The notes under the pieces are model-generated. The model had not been told where the DNA came from and made no database searches. It saw only the letters and a list, made by a program, of their open reading frames with translations. Source: Chiloscyllium plagiosum (taxonomy: Eukaryota). From it: a stretch of 64,000 nt of DNA. Position numbers and translations under genes: made by a program. Every line of letters starts with the position of its first letter. Position 1 is the first letter of the stretch. Shown one piece after another: positions 23,775-37,260 of the stretch. The stretch covers positions 19,134,327-19,198,326 of the forward strand of contig NC_057721.1 in the NCBI RefSeq assembly GCF_004010195.1, read 5' to 3'.

Positions 23775-26024
23775 CCTAGAGTCCTCGAGATGTATAGTAT
23801 GGAAACAGACCCTTTGGTCCAACTCGTCCATGCCGACCAGTTATCCCAACCTAAGCTAGTCCTCCCATTTGCCAGCAGTTGGCTCACATCCCTCTAAATG
23901 CCTCTTATTCATATAACCATTCAGATGCCTTTTACATTTTACAATTGTACCAGCCTCCTCCACTTTCTCTGGCAGCCATTTCCATACATGCACCAACCTC
24001 TGCATGAAAAAGTTGTCCCTTAGGTCTCTTTTAAATCTTTTCCCTCTCACCCTAAACCTATGCCCTCTAGTCTGGACTCAAATTTACGTTCAATACAGCC
24101 ACTAGTTCCGCTTTATCCATAGCACATGTTAACCAGTCTAATTACCTGGAATTTCTCTTAATGCCTTTAATAATAGCTTCTAACATTTTCCCCATGACAG
24201 ATGTTAAACTAACTGGCCTGTAGGTTCTCGATTTTTCTCTCAATTCCTTTTTAAATAAGGGAAATACATTCACTATTTTTCAATTTAATGGAATGTTCCA
24301 CAAATCAATGAATTTGGAATATTAAAACTCAAGCATCAACTGTCTCACTAGCTATTTCTTTTAAGACACTAGAATAAAGTTTGTCAGCACCTGGAGAATT
24401 GTCAGCTGCAACTCCAACAGTTTGCTAATAACCACTTCCCTAATATCCATGGTTTACTTAGACTCATAGAGATGTACAGCATGGAAACAGACCCTTTGGT
24501 CCAACTCATCCATGCTGACAGATATCCCAACCCAATCTAGTCCCACCTGCCAGCACCTGGCTCATATCCAAATGCCTCTTAAATGTTGCGATTGTACTAG
24601 CCTCCACCACTTCCTCTGGCAGCTCATTCCATACATGTACCACCCTCTGTGTGAAAATGTTGCCCCTTAGGTATCTTTTATATCTTTTCCCTCTCACCCT
24701 AAACCTATGNNNNNNNNNNNNNNNNNNNNNNNNNNNNNNNNNNNNNNNNNNNNNNNNNNNNNNNNNNNNNNNNNNNNNNNNNNNNNNNNNNNNNNNNNNN
24801 NNNNNNNNNNNNNNNNNNNNNNNNNNNNNNNNNNNNNNNNNNNNNNNNNNNNNNNNNNNNNNNNNNNNNNNNNNNNNNNNNNNNNNNNNNNNNNNNNNNN
24901 NNNNNNNNNNNNNNNNNNNNNNNNNNNNNNNNNNNNNNNNNNNNNNNNNNNNNNNNNNNNNNNNNNNNNNNNNNNNNNNNNNNNNNNNNNNNNNNNNNNN
25001 NNNNNNNNNNNNNNNNNNNNNNNNNNNNNNNNNNNNNNNNNNNNNNNNNNNNNNNNNNNNNNNNNNNNNNNNNNNNNNNNNNNNNNNNNNNNNNNNNNNN
25101 NNNNNNNNNNNNNNNNNNNNNNNNNNNNNNNNNNNNNNNNNNNNNNNNNNNNNNNNNNNNNNNNNNNNNNNNNNNNNNNNNNNNNNNNNNNNNNNNNNNN
25201 NNNNNNNNNNNNNNNNNNNNNNNNNNNNNNNNNNNNNNNNNNNNNNNNNNNNNNNNNNNNNNNNNNNNNNNNNNNNNNNNNNNNNNNNNNNNNNNNNNNN
25301 NNNNNNNNNNNNNNNNNNNNNNNNNNNNNNNNNNNNNNNNNNNNNNNNNNNNNNNNNNNNNNNNNNNNNNNNNNNNNNNNNNNNNNNNNNNNNNNNNNNN
25401 NNNNNNNNNNNNNNNNNNNNNNNNNNNNNNNNNNNNNNNNNNNNNNNNNNNNNNNNNNNNNNNNNNNNNNNNNNNNNNNNNNNNNAGGCTCACTGGTCTA
25501 TAGTTCCCTGGCTTGTCCTTACCACCCTTCTTAAACAGTGACACCATGTTAGCCAACCTCCAGTCTTCTGGCACCTCACTTGTGACTATCGATGATACAA
25601 ATATCTCAGCAAGAAGCCCAGCAATCACTTCTCTAGCTTCCCACAGAGTTCTAGGGTACACCTAATCAGATCCTGGGGATTTATCCACTTTTATGCATTT
25701 CAAGACATCTAACACTTCCTCCCCTGTAATATGGACATTTTTCAAGGTGTCACCATCTCCCTACAGTCTATATCTTCTATATCCTTTTTCCACAGTAAAT
25801 ACTGATGCAAAATACTCATTTAGTATCTCTCCCATTTTCTGCGGCTCCACACAAAGGCCACCTTGCTGCTCTTTGAGGGGTCCTATTCTCTCCCAAGTTA
25901 CCCTTTGCCCTTATTGCACTTGTAAAAACCCTTTGGATTATCCTTAATTCTATTTGCCAAAGCTAGCTCATGTCCCCTTTTTGCCCTCCTGATTTCCCTC
26001 TTAAGTATACTCCTATTGGTATAC
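23775..26024 (-). mobile_element. CR1 copies lying inside the 3' LTR (includes an N-gap)
   Basis: CR1 3' UTRs at 23777 and 24460; ORF VPEDWRLANMVSLFKKGGKDKPGNYRPVS. Confidence 0.8.
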
Positions 26025-27699
26025 TGGTATTTTTGGGGTATAGTTTAAACTGATTAGCCTAATTCAAATCTGTTCTTTGTTGTTTCCAGGCAACCAGGTA
26101 TTCCAGAAAAAAATGAACCATCATAATGAAAATATGACTTCTTTTCTGTCTCTATATTTGAAACGCATTACCCAATTCCAATAACCCTCCAGAATATTCT
26201 CTGCTTCCTTTTCAGAGTACGCATCTACATATTTATTGTCTTGTCTTGCTGTTGCAAGTCTCTTCGCTTTTCAGGGCTAAACACTTCTGTCTGACCCTCT
26301 GCCTGTTCAGGTTTTTCCTGCACCGTTACGTCAAACAGGGTATTCACTAACTGAACCTCAACTCCTTAATTTTTCTCTTTACTTTTTGTTTCATGCTGTG
26401 ACTTATGATAGTGGGATCTGGTTACCACACAGTCTGGGAAAATACCAGGATATTTCTGTTTTAACTCCTTAGTTTCTTGGTTTTCCTTGGGCTTCTCCAC
26501 AACAAGGGTGTCACTCCCACCTTGGATCCTGCCAAATCATTCCCAAAAATACACTGAATTCCTGAAACTGACACTCTGTCAATCAATCCCACTGTATCTT
26601 CCCTGGTCTTAAGTTGGCACTCCAACCTGATCTTACATAGGGGAACACTAAATTTCTGTCCATCTATCCCACAAATTACTACACTCCCAGGTAACAGATC
26701 AGAAAGAGTGTCATTCACTCAACTCTTACTATTAGTGACTGGTTAGATTCCGTATCTCTCAAAATTATAATTTCTTGTCCTTCTCCCCCTGTTCTTTCTG
26801 AGTAAACTTTACCCACAGAGGTGAATTCTTTGTAGAGATCAGGTACTATCTCCATACCCAGCCCATGCCTAGGCTGTCCACTCTCTGGCAGCTGCTTGGC
26901 TCTTCTTGGGATCTGCTTTACTACCTTCACTAATGCCACTGGCTTAGCTTCTTTTACCACATCTTTTCCCACAATGCCTTTCTTTAACAACCAACATTGT
27001 GTCTTTATGTGTCCCACTTTACCACAGTGGAGGCTTTTTACCTCCTTTCCACCTTCTTGAGCTTCTTTTTTATTCTGTGGTAAATTCTTACCAGAGCTCT
27101 CTACTCTTGATTTAGTAGTGTAGGATCTCCCCTTCTCCCAACTTCTATCCCTCACATGACGAAATTCTGGCTGGAAGCTTGTCTTATACAACAACATGTA
27201 CTCAGCTGCTAATTCTGCTGCCCTTCTCACTTCCTGAGCTTTCTGTTCCTCCACGTGAATTCTTACCATCTCTGGAAGTGAGTTTTTAAACTCCTCCAGC
27301 AGAATAATCTCTCTTATAGCCTCAAATGTCCTACCTATTTTCAAAGCACACACCCATCAATCAAAATGATGATGTTTAATTCTTTCGAATTCAACATAAG
27401 TCTGACCTGGTGCCTTCTTTGTGTTTGAATGCTGTTTATATGCTCTGGTACCAGTTCATAAGCACTTAAAATAGCCTGTTTAACCTCTTCATAATCTCTT
27501 GACCCCTCACTAACTCTGCCTACCAGTTTAGTCTGAACTAGCATTACCCATAAATCCTCGGACCACTCCATCTGCCTAGCCAATTTTTCAAATGAGATAC
27601 AGAAGGCTTCAACATCTTTCTTATCAAAATGTGGCAGAGTTTTGACATATTTATATATGTATCACTACCTTCTCTTTTAATCTCCATTCTGTTGACTTT

Positions 27700-27864
27700 A
27701 GGAGAAAGTGAGGACTGCAGATGCTGGAGATCAGAGCTGAAAATGTGTTGCTGGAAAAGCTCAGCAGGTCAGGCAGCATCCAAGGAGCAGGAGAATCGAT
27801 CTTTCGGGCATGAGCCCTTTAGATGCTGCCTGACCTGCTGCGCTTTTCCAGCAACACATTTTCA
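27700..27864. mobile_element. Penelope-derived palindromic element inserted in Gypsy gag
   Basis: Same family as 9807; 14-bp TSD attctgttgacttt at 27686-27699 and 27865-27878. Confidence 0.85.
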
Positions 27865-28409
27865 ATTCTGTTGACTTTGCTGACTAAGTCGCAACTTCTC
27901 AAGTTCAAATTCTCTCTTCTTGTCTTTCCCTTTATTCTCTCTCTCTCTTTGCTCAGGTAAGAACCTTTATCTTCTAACTCCATTTTCCTCAATTGTAATT
28001 TAAGTTTTTCTACCTCTGCTGCACTTGTCTGTATCGCTAATATACCTAAGTGTTTGAGTAACTCCCTTACAATTTCAGCTTTACTTTTGTCTTTGGTTAA
28101 ACCCAAACTCTCTCTGATTCCCTCCTATTTTACATCCAATTCTGTTCTTTTTAAAAGATTGCAAATTCTAAAAGTATGACTTTTTTCTTTCCTTCTAAAG
28201 TTTCTTGGCAAATTTGAGAATCATCTTCAAATCCCATCTCTTTAGCAATTTTAAGAGCCATATCTGTTAAGTTAATCAACCACAAGTCACTGAAATAAAG
28301 CAAATTGTCTCACCTACATTTATTTAAAGATCTAGGGCACTAATCTGCAAATGTTGAAATCTACTGGGACTTTTCATACCCCCAAATCTATTCAAATCTG
28401 TCTAAACCA

Positions 28410-28434
28410 GTTCAAATCACGGACTCAAGCCCCA
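28410..28434 (-). other. Primer-binding site complementary to tRNA-Pro 3' end
   Basis: Plus strand gttcaaatcacggactcaagcccca resembles the tRNA-Pro 3' end GTTCAAATCCCGGACGAGCCCCCA and abuts the 5' LTR. Confidence 0.7.
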
Positions 28435-29131
28435 AACCCTCCTGCTTAACTTAGAACCAGCAACACAGAAAAGATTTATCCCATGCAGTAATCTGTAAAA
28501 ATTCAAGTGGTCAAGAACTATTTAAAACAAAAATTAACAACTTTATTTCTTAAAGTATAACAGAGAATAATTAAGTAACAACTAATTACAAATCATTACT
28601 CTAACCTATCTGTTACTTTCCCTTCTATAATACTAGTCCGATAAAACTCCCAATTAAGATTTACAAAACAAAACTTTTTATCTCTAAACCAGGCAGGTTT
28701 TGGTTCTTCTATTCGGATCTTCCTGTATCTTCTTTTCTTCTTCTTAGGGATTCTGTTTCACAGGTTACTGATCAGTAAAGGTACATTTAAGAGGGTTTTT
28801 TTCAGGCAGTCTTTTACATACTGGAGCTTGGTAGTTCTCCTCCCAACTGTTCAATTTTCCCCTGGTCTTATACCCCAGAACATCAGATTGTGTCATTGGC
28901 TTTTAAGATTATCAATATACTCAATTCAGACTTGATTGGAATTTCGTATTTTTCGTGTATAATCTAAACTGATTGGCCTAATTCAAATCTGTTTTTTTGT
29001 CATTTCCAGACAATCAGCTACCCCAGTAGCTGGAGCACATGTTGCATTGTGTCTTATTGAAAATACTTGGTGCTGTCACTGCTAGCTTTTAACTCTCTTA
29101 AAAGGTATAGTTCACCCACATCTTCATAGCA
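28435..29131 (-). repeat. 5' LTR of the Gmr1-like element
   Basis: Direct repeat of 23254-23774 plus 26025-26106; adjacent to the PBS. Confidence 0.85.
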
Positions 29132-30552
29132 CCTTAAACCTGTGTCCTCTAAACCTGGACTCCCATACCCTGGGAAAAAGACCTTGGCTATTCACCCTAT
29201 CCATACCCTTCATGATTTTATGAACCTGTATAAGGTCAGCCCTCAGCTCCAGGGGAAATAACCTCAGCTTATTCAAGCCTTCCAATCCAAGCAACATCAT
29301 TTTAAATCTTTTCTGCACCCTTTCAAGTTTAACTACAACCTTTCCTATAGCAGGGAGACCAGAACTGAATGTAGTACTCTAAAAGTGGCCTAACCAATGT
29401 TCTGTGCAGTTGCAACATGACTCCCAACTTCTCTACTCAATGCACTGACCAATAAAGGCATGTGTACCAAACACCTTCTTCACTACCCTGTTTTCTTGTG
29501 ATTCTACCTTCGAGGAGCTATGAACCCACACCCCGATGTCTATTTGCTTGGCAACACTCCTTTGGGCCCTACCTTTAAGTGTATAAGTCCTGCCCTTACT
29601 TGTCTTTCCAAAATGCAACACTTCATAATTATCAAAATTAAACTCCATCTTCCACTAAACAGTCTAATAGCCCATCTGATCAAGGTCCTGTTGTACTCTG
29701 AGAAAACTTTCTTCACTGTCCACAACACCACCAATGTTGGTATCATCTGCACACGTACTAACTGTACCTCCTATATCCATGTTCAAATCATTTAAATAAA
29801 TAACAAAATCAGTGGACCTAGAACTGAACCTTGTGATGCATCACTGGTCACAGGCTTCCAGTCCAAAAAGCACCACCCTCTCTCTCCTATCTTCAAGCCA
29901 ATTTTGTATCCAAATGGCAAGTTCTCCCTGGATTCCGTGTCATCTAACCTTGCTAACCAATGTACCATGCGGAATCTTGTTGAACGCCTTGCAGAAGTTC
30001 ATGCTGACAATGTTCCCAAATTAAACTCATCCCACCTGCCTGTGTTTGGCCCATGTACCCCCAAAGGTCTCCTATTCATCTATTTATCCAAACATGTCTT
30101 AAATGTTATAACTGTACCATCATTCACCGCTTCCTCCGACAGTTCATTCCACACGTGAACCATACTCTGTGTAAAAATGTTGCCCCTCATATTCTTTTTA
30201 AAACTTTCTCCTCTCACCATAAAAATATACCCCCTAGGTTTAAACTCCCCTCCCCTTATCTACACCTTATCTATGTCCCTCATGATTTTGTAAACCTCTA
30301 TAAGATCTCTCCTATACACCAGTGAACAATTTCTCAGCCTATCCACCCTATTTTCGTAATTCAAGCCCTCTATTCCTGGCAACATCCTGGTAAATCTTTT
30401 CTGAACCCACTCTCCAGTTTAATGATATCCTTCCTGTAGCAGGGTGATCAGAACAGTACACAGTACTCCAAAAGTGACCTCACCAACATCTTGTACAACC
30501 TCAACATGATGTCCCAACTCCTATACTCAAAGGTCTGAGCAATGAAGGCAAG
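29132..30552 (-). mobile_element. CR1 fragments (continuation of the split copy plus a second copy from about 30010)
   Basis: MEFNFDNYEVLHFGK, QKRFKMML; second 3' end near 30020. Confidence 0.8.
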
Positions 30553-32099
30553 TTTGGTAGCATCTGTGGATTGCAAAACAGGGTTAATAATTCAAGTTTA
30601 ATATCTTCAGATGTGTTTGTGATACGTTGTGTGTGAAAGCAAAGAAACATTTAAACAGTTTAAATGGATCTGGCAAATCATATCGGAATCATGGTACTGG
30701 ATTGTCTGAAATGACTCCCTACATTACATCATTACAAAAATAGTTCAGTGATTGTATAGCTCTCTGAGCTGTAAGGAGGTTGCAAAAGGCATGTATGAAA
30801 GCAAAATTGTTTTTTTATCTTTATTTCAATTGCAATAAAGTTTGAAATGTTTTCTGTTTATATCTAAGGGGTAGATGTCCCCAAACATAAAAAATTACCT
30901 ATACATACATTCTCTTACTGAGAAAAGCTGACCATCAAACAGATGCTGTTTCAGAGAGGACAAGACAATTCTTCAGTTCCTTATCAGCATTCTGGAAAGT
31001 AGCCTATAAGAAACGTTTTCTATTTCAAGATTTTTTAAAGATGACTTTATTCTTCCCTAGCTTGCTGTCATCAAATAAACATGAATTTAAATTATTTAAT
31101 ACACCCAAACTTTCAACCCTTTGTGCTGGCAGACAAACTTCTCGTAACAATGTTGCTGCATTTGTTTGATTTTCTGTTATAAGCGCTACATGAAATGTTA
31201 GCATAAGCTATGATTTTCATGTATTTTGCATATTAATTGACGGGGTGCAAAAGTAAAGCATAAAGGAAGGATACTGTTCCATCTGGACCTGTTTCCTGAA
31301 AACTACAACACCCGTCACATTACAATGCCTTTTGAAAGTATTGCCCTCTCCCATTATGAAAGTGACACTATGGCTTGTGCTATATAAAAATTAGAGAATA
31401 ATCAACAAAATGCCACAAAATATAGGCTACGTTTATTATGTGCTGAGGTTAAAGTTCAATCTCAGAATTAGCAGAACAGCCACTCAGCATACACCCGACC
31501 CAGTTTCTCCAACTTCTACAAAATTCTCTCACTTACTGTCTATTGAGCCACAGTCTTTTAAACTGGCACAATTCTGGGAATGTGCATGACCCACACTCTG
31601 TCTAGTTGTCCCTCAAGTTTGCATCAGGATCCCATGATTTGCTAAGACTGTCCAGCGAAGGCCCCAATAAATAGGTGCAGAGGAAGAGGATAGTGCCATC
31701 TCACTATTCTAACGCTGCCACTGCCCACCTATTTGCTTTGCAAGCTGAATTAAAATTAGCCCTATGGTCTCTCATGTAGTTTGGTAACTTTATACTAATA
31801 GTCTGGATGTTTATTTTGCAGTCAGTGGAACATTTCATGCCCTTAAATGTTACAGTCATCAACAAGCACATTGGTGATGATGAATGGTTCAGTCTGAAGG
31901 GCCAGGCTGTCTTGTAATGTGAACTGTGTCTACACACATCACGTTGAACAACAAACAAGCGGAAATGTAACTAGGAGTCGACCTTTGAGTGCAAGCATTG
32001 GGCTTTGCTGTGGCATTATTCAGCAGATTTGCAACAGTAAAACCAATAGTGCACCAAGAATCAGTGTACAGCTGACAATGTGTTCTTGGAACTACATTA

Positions 32100-32429
32100 G
32101 GCGAGACAATGTAATTTTTCAACATCTTTAATTAAAACATTCACTTATTTAACACCATGCGTTCTAATAATACGTGATTTATCCAACAGTGAAGCTTTGA
32201 ATTTATAAGATTTATGGTTTAATACATTTCAGTTGCTTTATAATACAATATTTTATACTTACATTTTTCAGAAAACAGTACAATTGGCAGGCAAATATTG
32301 ATTTTACAGTAACAGAAGTATCAGTAGCAAAGGTTCATTATACAACCATTATACAATTGGTTCATTTATTCTAACAATGCCGGTAGACTTGTATAAATTG
32401 TTGGGCCATAGGAGATGCCCATTGCTATT
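32100..32429 (-). other. SMPX: SMPX putative non-coding last exon (3' UTR)
   Basis: 70-nt intron 32430-32499 (gtgagt...cactgac...ctcctgcag) starts 2 nt after the stop; minus-strand AATAAA at 32365-32370 and ATTAAA near 32220 and 32130. End uncertain. Confidence 0.5.
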
Positions 32430-32501
32430 CTGCAGGAGCAGAGATGGCTCAAAGTGAAAGTCAGTGATATAGACATTTCTGAATCTGAACCCAACTCACT
32501 T

Positions 32502-32630
32502 TTACTCAAACTTGGGGACAAATTTCAGCTCACTCTTGGCATTCTGAAGCTGCTTGAGGTTGACGGCTGGTCCTGGTAACTTCACTGCTCCAGGCAGTTC
32601 TTTTTTATCCTCTGATTTAATGCATGTCCC
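32502..32630 (-). CDS. SMPX: SMPX coding exon 3 (small muscle protein), with stop
   Basis: gatacag| [42 protein letters not shown]; resembles human ...[35 protein letters not shown]. Confidence 0.92.
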   Translation of the reverse strand, partial: GTCIKSEDKKELPGAVKLPGPAVNLKQLQNAKSELKFVPKFE

Positions 32631-32974
32631 CTGTATCAGATGAAATCATTACTAAACCACATAAAAGTATACAGAATTGCCTTAGTTCTCACCTTGCTCT
32701 TTCTTGGTCTAAGTGTCAATCTGAGAATTGTACTCAGAGTCCTACTTTGGCAGTGATAGCATTCTCATCACTGGGTCAGAAGGTTGTGAATCCAATCAAG
32801 TCTTTTCACTGGAACAGTTTAAACCTGTGTTCTGTGGTAGCACTCTTGCCTCTGGGTCGGAGCAAGTCTGCCTCTCCAGAGACACACACCACTGAGCACA
32901 AAACCTCAGCTAAATCTCAGTCCTCAGTGGTGATAGTTCTCAATTTTCCGATGTGCATTTTTCATATGAGGTGA

Positions 32975-33690
32975 GATCACAGAATCAAAGAATCATTACA
33001 GTGCAGACAAAAGTTACTCAGCCCATCATGTCTGTACTGGCTCTCTGTGCATTTTAATTTTGTCCCAGTCTTCTGCATTTTTGCACTTTGTTTCCACTTA
33101 GCTAATTATGCAACAGCCATCTCACTGCTTCCATTGAATCTGTTTTCACCACATTTCTAAGCAGTGCATTCCATACCCGAAATAGTCACTATCTAAAAAC
33201 AGTTTTTTTTCACCTCATTTTTCCTTCTTGTGTAAATCACTTTAAAACTGTATTGTCTGATTTTGATCCATTTATAAGTGGAAATAAGTTTTTACCTCTC
33301 CCCTCTGCCCAGACCCACTATTATTTTGAAAACCATTATCAAATCTCCTCTTGTCATCTTTTCTCTAAGGAAAGCAATCCCAACTTTTCTGATCTATCTT
33401 CATAACTGAAGTATCTCATCCTCAGAACAAATCTTCTAAATCTCTCTGCATTGTCTCCAATGCATTCATATCCTTCCTATAGTGTGGCACCAATAGCTAT
33501 GCACAACACTCCTTCTGACGTCTAACCAATTTCTGATATAAATTCATTGTAATCACTCTGCTCTTGTTCTCTATGTCCTTATTAATAAAGGCTCAAATAG
33601 TTTATGCTTTATTATCAGGTCTCTCTACCTGTCCTGCCACCTTGAATGACTTGTGCACATACACCTCCAGGTCTGTCTGTACTCTTTACA
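32975..33690 (-). mobile_element. Old CR1 3' fragment
   Basis: cacagaatcaaagaatc tail; degenerate CR1 C-terminal sequence. Confidence 0.6.
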
Positions 33691-34199
33691 ATAGTACATT
33701 TTAAAATAGCACAGGGAGTAATCTGAGATTATTACTTGCTAATTCTCTATCTAACTCCCTACTTTACAATTTTGTAAGACCACAACATCCTCCAGAAGAA
33801 CATTCTGTGACATCCTTGAGCTGGTTCTAGGAGGGGAAGCAAACCACCGTGATAAAGGCTGCCCTTTTCTCCTCTACCCTGCTCTTTTAGATATAAGTCT
33901 CTGAGCCTTCTTCTCTCCTACTGTCTCATTGCATTGTTTCAAAGGACCCATGGAGAATTTTCCTCTGTGTTCTGGCAGTTTCCATCTAATGAATCTGTTT
34001 TAACTTTCCAGCCCTGGATCTAGCTGGATCATATAAAGCATCATTGAATTGTACTCTCACCTGCTAAAACTATTCTCTGTTCCAGGATCATTTTGGAATA
34101 TAAAGAGAACACTTGGTTGCTTTGCCTCCAGCCATATCTGTGTCCTTAAACATTCTCTCCCAGTTCCCTTTTCTCTCAACTGGAAAAAGTGCAGATTCA

Positions 34200-35950
34200 A
34201 AGACTTCTTGGCCATTGAAATTAAGATCATCCAATCAACTGTTCATGCCATGTCCTTTCTCCTCACTAACTTATTGAGCTCAATTTTCTTGAAGTCTCTG
34301 GCCTGAACTTACCCTCTTCTCTAGGTTCTCTTCTATCACCTCTCATATCAGGTCTTGTCCATAACACCCACCTTCTCTTCTCTCGACCTTGTTTTCACTC
34401 ACCTGATGATCAAACAATTGTCTCTTCCTGGCTGCCATATTAGGTATTGTTCATAATTCTCTCAATTCAGGTATTGTCTCCATCTCCTTCTAATCTGCTA
34501 TCATTAACCTGCTTCCAAAAAAAATCCCTTGACCCCCTATATCCTTGCAAATGTCAGCCCCATCTTTGATGTCCCTTACCTCTTCAAAGCCCTTGAAACA
34601 AGTGTTTGCTTTCTAAATCCCCACACTTGTTTCCCAAAACTACATAACCCGGATCCCTCTAATCATTTTATCCCCTTTCACGATATAAAAATGAAGTCAT
34701 TTTCATGTTGAATGTGGCTGTGCTAAAGTTATATTATCCTTCATTATGCTGCCTGCAGCTTTTGACCACATTAATGTCTTTCAACATCTTCTCACTATTG
34801 TTAATTTGAATGGGACTCTGCTTTCCTGGTTTAAATCTTTTTATTCATAGCCAGAGAATGACCTATTTTGGCTTTTCTTCCAATGCCCATACCAATATGT
34901 CAGTGTCTCCTAAGGAATATTTATTGATCCTTATGATCATCTAAAAACACAATATCAAGCATATCCCCTACTGACACCCAGCTCTACCTCATCATTAGCT
35001 CTCTTGACCACTTCGCTGTCTCTAAATGATCTGATTGTCTTTCAAACGTCTAGTACAAGATGGCCGTAAATTTCTACCAACTGTTTTTGGTCTGTGCAGT
35101 AAACTTCTATTTTCCTGCAACCTCGGATGCTGCCTGACCTGCTGTGCTTTTCCAACTCCACTCTAATCTAAACTCTGGTTTCCAGCATCTGCAGTCCTCA
35201 CTTTTGCCCAGTAAACTTCAATCTCTAGTCACATTTCCAAACGTCTCCTTGGCAACTGTCTGAAGCTCAGCCAAACTGTTCACAACCTTGGTTTCATATT
35301 TAACCCTAAGATGAGCTTCCAAATATATATCCATGCCTTCATTGACCACCCATTTCCATCTCTGTAACACTGCTCCACACAACTCCCAGCTCAGCTCCCC
35401 TAGTGTTTCAACCCTTATTTTTACCTTTGTTAGGTCTACAGTTTGACCATTCTAATGCTTCACTGATTGATTTCCCATATTCTGTTCTGCTAAATTAAAG
35501 TCATCCTATGTGCTGCTGCCTATAACCTAATTTGCACCAAGTCCTGTTCATCTATCATTGTCTACTAGTTAAACATCATCTTAGTTTTAAAATTCTCCTC
35601 CAGAAGTTGTTTCCTCAGCCATCAATGCTTCCATCTCTGTACTCTCCTGCTTTGTATTCTCCTCTAGATATCTATTTTCCCAGTGAAACCTGCCCCCTTG
35701 AATATCCCACATTTTAATTGTTGCATCATTGGTGGCAATATGCCATCAGGGACTTAAACTCTGCAATTCGCTCTCTAAAGTTGTGCATTTCCTTCTTCCA
35801 AGAAACTCTCCTTAAAACCTATATCTTTACCATGAGTTTTGACAGTCAGTTCCAGTATCTCTTCATGTGACTCAGTGTCAAGTTATATTTTTTCATGCTC
35901 CTGTGAAGTTAAATAGTAATTTGATTTTATTACATTAAGGATCTTATATT
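34200..35950 (+). mobile_element. Old L2-clade LINE remnant with small Penelope insert (35108-35208, TSD cagtaaacttc)
   Basis: Degenerate LDP..LAN..PI...P.L.KALE RT N-terminal motif near 34528-34600. Confidence 0.55.
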
Positions 35951-36464
35951 GGTAGAAGTTCTTGTTGTTAAAATAGGTGATTTGATTTATGTTTGTAGAA
36001 ACATTACTGTGAGCAAATAGCTTGCCATGTTTTCAGTGCTACAGTAGTGATTACACTTTAAAAATTTTCTATTGGTTGATAAATGTGAGTCTATGGATGG
36101 TGCTCTTTAGATGCAAATCTGCACTGATGCATAATTATTTTGTCCTGACATGATGCTTAATTCTGTGAAGTGTAGCGTGATCTTATTCAAAATTACACAA
36201 GACAGTATTTATCAAAGAGCCTAGTGAAGATGCAACATTACAATTATTAATTTAAAAGTTAACTCCACACAATCCCACTGTGGAGACAGGGGCATGGTTC
36301 TGTTTTTTTTAACACTGGTTAATAATAGAATGATGTAAAATCTGCCTTAATAATCTTTTCTTGGCATTGTATGAGCAGTTGTGTCTGATTCCAAAACACA
36401 CCACACCAATCTTTCACTGTTTTCCAGTTGTTGATATAGTTCCATAACCAGTATTTAGTTGTCA

Positions 36465-36660
36465 GTATAACTCACTCATAGTCTTTGAGTTAGAAGGCTG
36501 TGAGTTGAGATGTTGAGCATACAGTATAGGCTAACATTTCACAGCAATACTGAGGGAGTGCTGCACTGTCAGATATGCTGTCATTGGGGTGAGATATTAA
36601 AGTGAGGCTTTGTCTGTTCCTTGTTGGGTGTTAAAGCTCTCCACTGGAGGAAGCCAAGAA
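36465..36660 (+). mobile_element. Ancient Deu-domain-type SINE remnant
   Basis: ctgagggagtgctgcactgtcaga core; related remnants near 32750-32970 and 41880-42080. Confidence 0.45.
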
Positions 36661-36754
36661 CAGATCTGCCCAGCAATAATGTTTTGTTTTATAACCAGAA
36701 CTGCTATCACACTCAACTGAGTGACCTTTCCTCTCCCAAAGTCACTATGATTCG

Positions 36755-37260
36755 TTTTTTTTTTGTTTGTTGCTTCCCTTTTTAAACACTGAGCACTACC
36801 AGTAAGTCAGCAGTGCAGCCAATTAGATATTTACATGCAATGCCTGTCATGGGCAATACAAGCCATCAAATGGAATTGGAGGGGGAAATAAAGCACTGTA
36901 TGCTCCCACAGTGCCCACTTGTCTCTAAAGGCATCAAGAACATTGATGGGTACCATGTACCCTCTCTCCAACAATACTTGGGCACGAAGGTAACAGTGGA
37001 AGAGTGTCAGACAGTTGGGACACACCCTCCACAGCCAGCCACCTGGACCTGTTTAAGGCCATCCTGGCCCAGGAACGGACCCAGGAGGAAGTCCTTCAAT
37101 TTGTCCATTCCCCTTCACACCCGGGTGAAAAATGGTCAGGGATGTAGGGCTGACACCCAGCCAAAAACACAAAAGATGTTTCAAATCATTAAATTTCAAA
37201 TAAAAGGAGGTGCAATCGCTCACAGCCAGGAATAACGGTCTCTTTACCAACATCGACGAA
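36755..37260 (-). mobile_element. Tx1-like LINE 3' fragment
   Basis: LFHCYLRAQVLLE...DAFRDKWA C-terminus followed by an A-rich tail. Confidence 0.55.

Larger units (their letters stand above)
23254..29131 (-). mobile_element. Gmr1-like Ty3/Gypsy LTR retrotransposon, internally deleted
   Basis: Termini TGTTA...TAGCA with CCTT TSD (23250-23253, 29132-29135); two LTR copies; gag with SCAN-like ILLEEFKNSLPEMVRIHVEEQK, knuckle HCGKVGHIKTQC, protease ILRDTESNQS...GNDLAGSKV; no RT seen. Confidence 0.85.

Noticed and set aside
6107-25661. Long ORFs full of X
   Set aside because: Artefacts of the three N-gaps.
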